Part shown: positions 53,410 through 64,000 of the stretch, piece by piece
Layout of the letters: every line of letters begins with the position of its first letter
Position numbering within the stretch: position 1 is the first letter of the stretch
Translations under genes and position numbers: made by a program
DNA from: Octopus vulgaris
Taxonomy: Eukaryota
DNA length: 64,000 nt
NCBI GenBank assembly: GCA_951406725.2
Contig: OX597819.1
Location: 61,008,001 to 61,072,000, forward strand
Direction of reading: 5' to 3'
The notes under the pieces: generated by a model
Database searches by the model: none
What the model was told of the DNA's origin: nothing
Seen by the model: only the letters and a program-made list of their open reading frames with translations

Positions 53410-54371
53410 CAGCAATCCCAAACCACTTTTTTTTCGTCTATGGACCCCTTTAATTATTATTTTATTCTGATGGACCCCCTCATAGCCATTCCATGTTTAG
53501 AAGCTAGTTTTGTAGATACTTCTTTCAAAATTCCTATTTTGTTTTTCACACATTCACGTGTGTAAGTTTGTAATATTCTTTTCTACTCTCGGCACAAGGC
53601 ACGAAATTTTTGGATAGGGAGCAGTCGATTGAATCGACCCTAGTACGGAACTGGTACTCAATTTATTGACCCCGAAAGGATGAAAGGTAAAGTCGACCTC
53701 GGCGGAATTTGAACTCAGATCGTAAAGACAGGCGAAATAATGCTAAGCATTTCGCCCGGCGTGCTAACGCTTCTGCCAGCTCGCCAAAACAGTGGCTGGA
53801 AACATGTTAAATTACGTAAACCATTAAAGGAAAAAACTGAGCTGTTTCTTGCTATAAATACATCTAAAGGAAAGTTTTAAAACACTACTGTGGATCTCCA
53901 TACTGCTGTTTTGCTTGCGTGGATCCCCATAGTGGAGGCATAATGACCCAGTGGTTAGGGCAGCGGACTGGCAGTCGTAGGATCGCGGTTTCGATTCCCA
54001 GACCGGGCGTTGTAAGTGTTTATTGAGCGAAAACACCTAAAGCTCCACGAGGCTCCGGCAGGAGGTGGTGGACAATCCTGCTGTACTCTTTCACCACAAC
54101 TTTCTCTCACTCTTCCTGTTTCTGTTGCACCTGTACTTCATAGGGCCAGCCTTGTCATACTCTGTGTCATGCTGAATCTCCCCGAGAACTACGTTAAGGG
54201 TACACGTGTCTGTGGATTGCTCAAGTCACTTGCATGTTAATTTCACGAGCAGACTGTTCCGTCGATCGGATCAACTGGACCCCTCGTCGTCGTAACCGAC
54301 GGAGTGCCACGGATCCCCAGAAATCTTATTGGGGCCTTAGGATACATATGGACCTCGGTTGAGAACCGCTG
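53410..54371. mobile_element. Old hAT-type MITE containing nested SINE B (-, 53577-53786) and SINE C (+, 53934-54310)
   Basis: Ends CAGCAATCCCAAACC / GGTTGAGAACCGCTG with internal (T)GGACCCC repeats. The SINE C copy is flanked by a GGATCCCCA duplication (53921-53929 and 54311-54319). Confidence 0.72.
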
Positions 54372-54544
54372 ATTGATTGCATTAAAATCTCTTTTCGTGA
54401 ATATGCGCTACTAATTATGGGGCGCGTCTTTTATGGCACCAAGTACAGTATTATATTTTATAGGCTTCGAAAGGATGAAATCAAAGTTAACCTCAGCAGG
54501 ATTGGAAACAATATTAATGAAAATTTGTAATTGTTTCTAATATA

Positions 54545-55847
54545 TAGCTTGCTTACCAACCACATGGGTCCGGGTTCAGTCCCACTGCGTGGCACCTTGG
54601 ACAAGTGTCTTCTACTATAGTCACGGGCCGACCAAAGCATTGTGAGTGGATTTGGTTGACGGAAACTGAAAGAAGCCCATCGTATATGTGTGTGTGTCCA
54701 CTATCACTTAACAACTGATGGTGTATTTACGTCTTCGTTTCGGCAAGTGAGGCCGATAGAATAAGTACTAGGCTTACGAAGAATAAGTCCTGGGTCGATT
54801 TGTTCGACTAAAGACGGTGTTCCAGCATGGCCGCAGTCAAATGACTGACACGAATAAAAAATAAAAGAATATAGGTGCAAGGCCTAAGGTAGCCAGCTGG
54901 TAGAACCATTAGCAGGGCGGGCAAAATGCATTGCGGCATTTCGTCTGTCTGTTCAGAGTTCAAATTCCACGGAGGTTAACTTTGCCTTTCGGAAAAAATA
55001 AGAACTAGTTGAACACTGGAGGTTGATGTAATCGACTTAATTCCAACCCCGAAATTGCTGGCCTTGTGCCAAAACTTGAAATCAATATAGGGACAAGGCC
55101 TGAAATTTTGCAGAAAAAAATTAGTCAATACCATCGCCTCCAGTACTTGACCTGTACTTTACTGTAACGACTCCAGAGGCTTGAAACCCCCAGTGAGATT
55201 TAAGCTCAAGATGTAACGAGCCGGAACAAGTACTGCTAAACATTTTTTTCCGACGCTCTAACGACTCTGCCAGACCTTTCTAATTTTGGCAAAGGTTAGC
55301 AATTTTAGAGGAGGTGGGGGTAAGTCAATTATCATCGAACCGAGTACTTGACTTGTACTTTATTTTATTGACCTCAAAAGGATGAAAATCGACCTCGGCG
55401 GAATTTGAACTTAGAGCATAAATAATCGAAAAAAATACCTCTAAGAATTTTTCTTCGACGCACTAACAATTCTGCTAGCTTGTCGCCTTGTAATGAATTA
55501 ATAATTCTTTCTTTCTACTAAAGATACGTTGCTCCAGTCCACTCAACAGGCAAAAATGAGTAAAACGCTGCGATGGACTGGCGTAGAAACCGGGAAACCG
55601 GGCCCATGAGACTGGCTAGGCTTTAAAAGGGCGCATTTATTTATTTTTTACTAAAGATACAAGGATTGAAATTATGGGGGAGGGGACAATCGATAACATA
55701 GACCCTAGTGGTCGATTGGTATTTATTTTATCGACGTCGTAAAGGTGAAAGATATAGTCAACTTTGGAGGCATTTGAAGTCAGGAGATACAATGCCAGAA
55801 GAAATGCCGCTAAGCATTTTCTACGACGTGCTAACGATTCTGCCAGC
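54545..55847. mobile_element. SINE cluster (A+ 54545-54868; B+ 54890-55087; several old B- to 55847; D-core/tail-3 fragment 55525-55640)
   Basis: Family motifs are recognisable throughout. Confidence 0.82.
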
Positions 55848-55851
55848 TTAA

Positions 55852-56155
55852 CCCATTGCCTGCCATGAGCCGCATTTGGGGATTTGCTAAAAACAGTATC
55901 ACCTGCCGGTTGTTCGTTGTATTTAAAGTGAATTGCTTACGTACATTGCATTTACAGAGGTGTGTTTAACAATATTTAGTAGTTAAATTTGTCATTATTA
56001 GCTTTGGCTAATTCTAGAGGACATTTTATGTCATAAATCGCAATATTTTGAACTACAAAAATATTGACTATTTTGAAAACATTTTTTTTTGCATTTCCCA
56101 TCTATATCATTCATTGATATTTCATACACATTCGCATTTGATACTATAGTTTCAA

Positions 56156-56192
<37 letters not shown>

Positions 56193-56394
56193 TAAAAACT
56201 GAAATGTTTACAATTGCAATTGAATAGAAAAGGATAAATATGCTTTTATTTCAGCGACCCCCATTTGAAACTAATAATTCACTTATAAAGAAATAATTCA
56301 CATATGAAGAAAATTTAAATACTATATATTATTTTAATTCCTAAGACACCTGGCAAAGCCAAAAATATGAATAAAAAATTTGGCAGTTAATGGG
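55852..56394. mobile_element. piggyBac-type MITE
   Basis: TTAA-CCCATTGCCTGCCA … TGGCAGTTAATGGG-TTAA: 14-bp TIRs (12/14 match) with a TTAA duplication and an AT-rich non-coding interior. Confidence 0.8.
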
Positions 56395-56551
56395 TTAATG
56401 CCCTAATAATAATTATTAATAATGGCAAGTGATACAACTAGCTGCAACAATAGCGTAAGTAACAACAACCCTACTAGATGGTCTCAACTTCTAATAGTGT
56501 TGGGTTGGACATGGAGCGGATAAAAACCTCTGCAATATACCCACGTGTTGA

Positions 56552-57108
56552 GGCGGCGAGCTGGCAGAATCCTTAGCACACTAGGCGAAATGCTTAGTGG
56601 GGTTTTGTCCGCCTTTACGTTTCTAAGTTCAAATTCCGCTGAGGTCGACTTCGCCTGTCATCCTTTCGGGGCTGATAAAATAAGTACCAGTTGAGCACTG
56701 GGGTCGATGTAATCGACTTACACCCTCTCCCGAAATTACTGGTATTGTGCCAAAACTTGAAGCCAATAAACCTTTTTATTAAAAGCACAAGACCTGTCAT
56801 TTTGGGGAAGGAGTGCCAGTTGATTTTACCGAAAGGCAAAGTCGACCTCGGCGGAATTCGAACTCAGAACGTAAAGACAGACGAAATACCTATTTCTTTA
56901 CTACCCTCAATGGGCTAAACACAGAGGGGACAAACAAGGACAGACAAACGGATTAAGTCGATTATATCGACCCCAGTGCACAACTGGTGCTTATTTAATC
57001 GACCCCGAAAGGATGAAAGGCAAAGTCGACATCGGCGGAATTTGAACTCAGGCGAAATACGGCTACGCATTTCGCCCGGCGTGCTAACGTTTCTGCCAGC
57101 TCGCCGCC
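56552..57108. mobile_element. Inverted SINE B pair (B+ 56552-56768; B dimer - 56780-57108)
   Basis: GGCGGCGAGCTGGCAGAA heads at both outer ends, pointing inward. Confidence 0.88.
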
Positions 57109-57120
57109 TTACCACTTCCA

Positions 57121-57160
<40 letters not shown>

Positions 57161-57361
57161 GATACAACTAGGTGTAACAATAACGTCAATAGTGTAACGG
57201 ACCTTCTCGTTGGTCTCGTCTTCTAATAGTGTTGGGTAGGATATGGAGTGGGCTAAAAGCACCGCGGTATAGCCATATGTTTTAATTAATGAAATTAGAG
57301 GTGTGAATGAAATGAATTTACATCGACCAAGAATCTAAACGAAGGCATGATTTGATAGGAG

Positions 57362-57575
57362 AATATCGCCTGCACTATTATGGGGGTTGCTGGATTACTC
57401 CTTGCACTATAACGGAAAATATCAGGTGATCACTTCTTGCACTATTAATTTATAGATAACCTCATGTACTATTAATGAGAAGGCTAGAGATCACCTCATG
57501 CACTATTATGGAGAGGGTTAGTGAATCACTTCTTGTACTCTAAATTTAGGACTTTAACTCATGCACTATTATGAT
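57362..57575 (+). repeat. Degenerate minisatellite, 7 units of 27-35 bp, core GATCACYTCWTGCACTATTA
   Basis: TG(C/T)ACT cores at 57371, 57403, 57438, 57465, 57499, 57534 and 57562. Confidence 0.8.
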
Positions 57576-57739
57576 CGACAGTTTGCTAAAATGTTGGTTT
57601 TTTGGTTTCTTACAGAAGGTAGGAAATTTCTAGCAGAAGAACTCAATCCATTGGTGCTGAAATGCAACGCTACAACGTACTGGTGTGCTGCAAAGAGTAT
57701 TTAGGTCCCTCCTGAAAAATATATTCCTTTATCTTCTGT

Positions 57740-58526
57740 CTTTTACTTGTTTCAGTCATTAGACTGTGGCCATGCTGGGGCTCCGCCTTGAAGAACTTTT
57801 TAGTCGAATGAATCGGCCTCAGTATCATTTTTTAAACTGGATACTTATTCTATTGGTCTCTTTAGCCGAATTGCTGAGTAAAGAGGATGTAAACACACCA
57901 ATACCAGTTGTCATTCGGTGGTGGGGACACACACACATTGTTTTACTTGTTCCAGTCATTTGACTGCGGCCATGCTGGAGCACCGCCATTATACACACAC
58001 ACACACACACACACACAATGACGTGCGCCTTTCAGTTTCCATCTAGCAAATTTCCTCACAAAGTTTTGATCAGCTCGAGGCTATAGTAGAAGACTCTTGC
58101 CCAAGGTGCTACGCAGTGAGACTGAAGGCGTAACCATGTGGTTGGGAAGCAAGCTTATTGATGATTTTGTTATGCCTTGCTCCCTCATGTTTTTGAGGGC
58201 TCCGTCCTGATATACGGCAGGTCTTGAACATTCATAGACATAAGGCAGTCCATATTTCACCAGGTGAAATATGGACTGCCAAGGCGATCCATGCTGTACT
58301 CTTTCACCACAGCTTTCTCTCACACTTTCTTCCTGTTTCTGTTGCACCTGTATTTCAAAGGGCCAGCCTTGTCACTCTCTGTATTGCGCTGAATCTCCCC
58401 GAGAACTACGTTAAATGTACTCGTGTCTGTGGAGTGCTCAGCCACTTGCATGTTAATTTCAGGGGCAAGCTGTTCCGTTGATCTGATCAACTGGAACCCT
58501 CGACGTCGTAACCGACGGAGTGCCAC
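57740..58526. mobile_element. Two diverged SINE A copies (-, 57740-58155) and a headless SINE C with tail type 1 (+, 58275-58526)
   Basis: TTTTACTTGTT(T/C)CAGTCATT…GGCCATGCTGG tails; the C body matches 54075-54310. Confidence 0.82.
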
Positions 58527-58528
58527 GA

Positions 58529-58581
<53 letters not shown>

Positions 58582-59927
58582 TTTTCATTTTGTTCACAGA
58601 CTACCCCAGTACTACCTTTGCGGACCCCCGGTTGGGAACCACTGCATTAGACACAAATATGATGAACGAAAACAGGTAAGCAATATTTTTTCTATATTTT
58701 TTTCTAAACATTGTATCATAAAAACGATTTTTTTTGAAGTTTTTATATGAGTTTTTGCCAATAATTTCGTTCTCTAGAGTTCTACAGTGTCTCACGAACT
58801 GGGAAAACATTTAAGCCTACTGGTTCCACCCGATTATCATCACGTGTGATACTTATTTGTTCGATTTCCAACCTCAGACGAGTTCGAAGCCGTATGATGG
58901 TGTTGTTAAGAAGCCTACTTTTAAAGAAAGCGCTCAATCCCATTACACAACATCTTGAGCAAGTGTCTTGTACGATTGCTTCGTGATAACCCATGCGATG
59001 TGAATTTCGGCACACACACACACACGTGGATGGGTGTGTATAGTACCATTTCTACCACATCAATAAATTAACAAAACTCAGAAAGGAAGCAATTATTTTC
59101 AATGTCTTGACCAATCATAATTTTAACTATCATAACGACATTATCTAAAATTGTTAACAAGGGCGGACATAGTTCAACCCAATGACCGTTACATAAGTTA
59201 CCTTAGATTCGTAGGCGCGCGGAAGTGAGAGAGTAAAGGACCAGCATCAACTGTAATCAGTTATGTCGCTTTACAAGTCTAAACTCAGATCCCACCGCGG
59301 TCGACTTTACATTTCGTTCTGCCAGGTTCGATAAAATAAAATACCATTTTTCTTTTACTGGGTCCGGTATTATCGACTGTTCCATTCCCAGAAAAATACG
59401 GAGAGTTAGAAATAATTACTACTAAAAATAAGTTAGAGGAACAATAAAGTTATCCACGATGATGATAACAGCAACAACGATCTCAGGATAAATAGATTAG
59501 AAGTTATGCGGGATGAGCTTATTATAAATTTATAAATATCTATGGAATAATTAGTCATCTTGGAGAATTCCTTTCTTATCGATTTAATCTATTTCCAAAC
59601 TCGCTATATTTAGACCGCTCTCTCTCCACACACACACACACACACACGTATTAATTTAACTGCTGTTAATGTTGCAATTGCTATTCTGAGGCCTTGATAT
59701 GTTATTGTCATGACTGCTATTTTTGCTATTATTAATGATAAGGATTCGTTTTCAATAGTGCAATTATTACGACCCACCACACAAACACACACATGTACAC
59801 ACACAGAGAAAAAGAGAGAAGAGAGAAAAGAGGGAGGAGAGAGTGGAACTATAGAACATTATACTTAAATACGTAAATTTCATCTTAAATCTCTCAACAA
59901 AGTACATAGATTCTCTAGCACAATTAG

Positions 59928-59975
<48 letters not shown>

Positions 59976-61016
59976 GGCTACACAGCATTATATTTTAAGT
60001 AATAATTTCATTTTAATTCCTGTCTTAACAGATTTACCTTAAGTGTTTTCTGTAAATCTTTATTATGTTACAAAATATTCTGATGTAATCTTCATTAGGG
60101 AACGTGGGCATCCCTTTTCTTTTTTTTTATTTACAGGAGCTATGTATTATATTTCATTAATACAACCCAATAAAGTGGTGAAGTGGCAAAGTAATTGGAA
60201 TATTGGAGAAAAGCTTTGCAGTATTCGTTTCGGTCCTCTGTGTTCAAATTCAAACAGGACCAACTTTGGCACTCTTATTTTATCGACCGCCGTTGAAATG
60301 AAAGTCAGTGATGGTATCGACTAAGCCTGGCTCTCAAATTTGCTGGCCTTGTGTTTATATTAGAAACTATAGTTCAGTTGTAGGGTAGAGGGCTGGTAGA
60401 ATCATTAAAGTATGGGAAATAATTCCGGCTCTCTAGGTTCAAAGTTCAAATCTCGCCGAGCTCGACTTTATCTTTCTTCTCTCTGGGGTCAATAAACAAA
60501 GTAGCGGAGAGTGGTGTCAATTAACCCTTTCTCCCCCAAATTACTCGCCTTGTGTCTATATAAGAAATCATTCTTTGCAACCATTTTCAAAATGCTTTTG
60601 TCCAGACCACTGTCTTAAGTAGATCTCAAAATATCTGAGCGCTACAGATTAGTTTACAAAGGAATGGCGTTGAATTTGTTCTTGAACATACGTCCACTGT
60701 AACCTACTGAAGACAGCACGAATCATAGAGGAATTTTTACGTAGTTACTCTTCCTAGTAAAACTAATAGCCAAAGCTTCCTCAAATCATGCCCTACACAC
60801 TTTTTAAAATTCACACCTCGGGTAATGTACTCCTAGATATATTGCATCTAAATAAAGGCGGAATGATCAAGACTGGAGTGTCGTTGGTCATAATTCTGTT
60901 CGATCAGGATTGAGCTGGGGCAAAACGACAATGACAGCAACTATAGACAATCCTATCGATAAAATGCTTATTGATTTTTATATTCACCTTGTTTTCTAAA
61001 AAGAATATTTAAAATT

Positions 61017-61093
61017 GGATAAACAGTCGTTGGCCAAAAAAAAATCATCGGACAAAAAGCGTGGACGGAAAAGACGCTGGACAAAGTGACATC
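61017..61093. mobile_element. Probable DNA-transposon terminus with about 15-bp subterminal repeats
   Basis: Six GGA(C/T)/GGCC-AAA-type units spaced 13-18 bp apart, ending in GGGTCACGG; no partner end found. Confidence 0.35.
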
Positions 61094-62865
61094 GGACGAA
61101 GAGTCGGGTCACGGGGCTTACGTGAAATAAGTTGCATAATATGACTTCACTACTTAGGCATCATATCCGTAAAAGAATAGATTTTTAGGTAGCAGTATAA
61201 ATTCGCTGATCAACCAAGCGACTAGGGATTTGAATTTTTTACTCGATTTATGCTATGTTTGCCTGCAAGAAATTGAACTCTCAATGCTCTAGTCTATCAA
61301 ATTCTAATTATGTATTTAGGGCGGTATGATTTGCCACTGAAGCAACAGCAATGCTTTAGGACTGACATGTACATCATTGGTTTGTAATACTGATCTCAGC
61401 CTCTCAGACAGGGTAAAAAAACAACAACAAAAGAACTAGTTTAGAAGACTAGTTTCCTATCTATGGAGATATATTCCTAATTTTATATAGCAACGTTTCG
61501 AAATGCCGGAAATAAGTGACAATCAATTGGGGCTCTTAAGATTTAGGAAAAAAACTTAACCACAGCTTCCCGAAAAAGTTTTACGAGTTATTCCACGAGT
61601 CATCGGTCAAGTATCGTGTTTCGGAAAGAAAACAACAGCTCATCACATTTAATCCTAGCATTTCGAAACGCTTCTCTATCTAGTTTAAGAAAATAATGGT
61701 TTTGTCTCAACATGTAACTCGAAACTGGAGTAAATTTTCATTGGTTGTAATATCGTCATAATGTGTGACTGAAGTTTAAAAGATGGTGGACAGATGTCTG
61801 TTTATAAAAACAAAATAACACTGTAAAGTGGTATCTGTTACTATCTAAAAGGGAATCTTAGCTGAAACTAATTAAGTTATACTGACATATAGCAAGTAAG
61901 TTATATTGACATAAAATATATTACATTGTTCGTAGCGCCACAGAAGACTTGGTCTTAATATATTTATAACTCCAGAGGAAGATACCTTGAAATAACTTCT
62001 CGTTGCTTTATCCTGGATTAAAGTTAACTAACGAAAAACTCAACTAATTCTGCTTCCAACAGACTGAACTATATCTCACTATTATATCTATTTATAATAA
62101 AGCAGACATGGTTATTGAAAGGGAATTATATATACATATTGGCATTATATTCTCGTTCCCATTTATGTAATTTACTATGCAAAATCAATATCCGATATTC
62201 AAAATGTCTACTCGCATGCAAAAAAGGTTATCCAGTATATATACGTGTTATCGATATACCATGGTTCTGTTTTGTGCACTCTAGAACTGTATCATATGTT
62301 ATCTACAACTGTAACAGCATATATACACATATATGTATACATGAATGCTTATATGAATACATATATGAATAAATGCATACATAATTACATACATGCATAG
62401 ATACATAAATACTTATATACATAAATACATACAAACATCATACGTACATAAGAACATACATACATCGTACATGTATACAAAAATGCAAAAATACATACCA
62501 CACATCATATATACATACATAAATACGTACATGGCTACATATATACATACATATACGTGGGTGACAAGCCACATACAGGCGTATACAATCTGTTCATGCA
62601 CATGCACATACATCCCTCTCCTGATCACCAAGTACACTGTAATATATGATATCTCACATCTGTTATAAATTAATATTAACATGATTTATTCATTGATGTG
62701 TTATCCAGACACCGACACTATCGTCCACTGAATCCGGGGATTGTCCAGTGCACACAGGAAGTTGTCCTTAATAATCGGAGATGTTTCAGTAAACCCAGCT
62801 GCCATAGATATGGGAGTACCACTAAGGACACATACATGTCTATACGAATATATGCATAAACGTGT

Positions 62866-62872
<7 letters not shown>

Positions 62873-62913
<41 letters not shown>

Positions 62914-63103
62914 TATGTATGTAGATAACGTTATAAACGTATATTATATATATATTTGTATAATATACATAAATATGTGTATATATATATTTGCATACAT
63001 CTTCAAAGACATGTACATACATACATACATAATTACATGCATGAATGCGTACCAACATACATGCATGCACACATACGTGCATACATACATGCATGCAGCA
63101 TTC

Positions 63104-63134
<31 letters not shown>

Positions 63135-63530
63135 TATATATACATACACATATATATATATACATGCATGCACACACACACATATATATATACACATATA
63201 TATACACACACATATATATGTACATACACATATATACACACACACACATATATGTACATACACATATATACACACACACACACATATATATGTATATACA
63301 CATATATATACACACACACATGTACATACACATATATGTGTACATACACATATATACACACACATATATATATATATATACATACACACACACACATACA
63401 TATATACGCACGCACACACACACACACACACATATATATGTGTGTGTGTGTGTGTGTGTCTGTGTGTGTGTCTATGCGCATGTGTGTGTGTGTGTGTGTG
63501 TCTATGCGCATGTGTGTGTGTGAATGTGTG
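62873..63530 (+). repeat. Compound (TA)/(CATA)/(CA)/(TG) microsatellite with two 26-bp TCTATGCGCA(TG)n units
   Basis: Direct inspection. Confidence 0.93.
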
Positions 63531-64000
63531 TATACTAGTAATCATCTCGTACTACTGAGTTTATGAAGACGTAATATCATTTATTACACATAAAACTTTT
63601 TGTACTAAAGGAATACCAATTTTAACTTTAAATAATCGTTCGTACGAGCAAGAAATAAAGAAATAAAAATACATGAATAAATAGATAAATAAATAATAAA
63701 ATTATATAAAATAATAAAATCCCCAAGAGTAAAAGAAAATCAAAAGGTTCATATTATTATTATACAGAATATCAGATTCCATGTGGTCGGTATCGTTTAG
63801 TTGAAAAGACTAAAAAAATGTTGGTGAAAGTATTATTTATGGCTAGCGTATGTAAATGTTTTGATTTCATTTTATTCATTTTATTTATTTATTCTAATTG
63901 TCTTCACCCCATTTATCAATCAATGTAAAACTAGTCAATAAGGGAGGAAAAGGAAATATTTATATAAATACCGGTTTCTTTTAATAAAGCGCAAATGTCT

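Noticed and set aside
57362-57575. CRISPR-like repeat/spacer appearance
   Set aside because: Core only about 10-20 bp and degenerate, linkers related to each other, no cas genes, eukaryotic context.

Overview
AT-rich, repeat-saturated eukaryotic DNA. The tRNA-derived SINE families, very long (TA)/(TATG) arrays and overall composition point to an octopus (coleoid cephalopod) genome; this is an inference. Only one host gene is well supported: a 701-aa minus-strand CDS (9504-11609) with no intron in the coding part. It encodes a Cys-rich protein with a signal peptide, two repeated modules, a central ShKT-like six-cysteine motif and a probable GPI signal, and it is preceded by a 5'-UTR splice acceptor and a 7-codon uORF. 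A possible signal-peptide exon lies at 51858-51999 (-). The rest is mobile DNA and simple repeats: four tRNA-headed SINE families with swappable modules (called A-D here), CR1/L2-group LINE pieces (one with an uninterrupted RT ORF whose 3' tail matches SINE A), R4/Dong-like and Penelope-like remnants (including an inverted pair of hammerhead ribozyme motifs), and mariner, Tigger/pogo, piggyBac- and hAT-type non-autonomous elements. Nearly all other ORFs in the track are translations of microsatellites or SINEs. There are no prokaryotic features and no CRISPR array. Family assignments come from motif recognition, not database searches.
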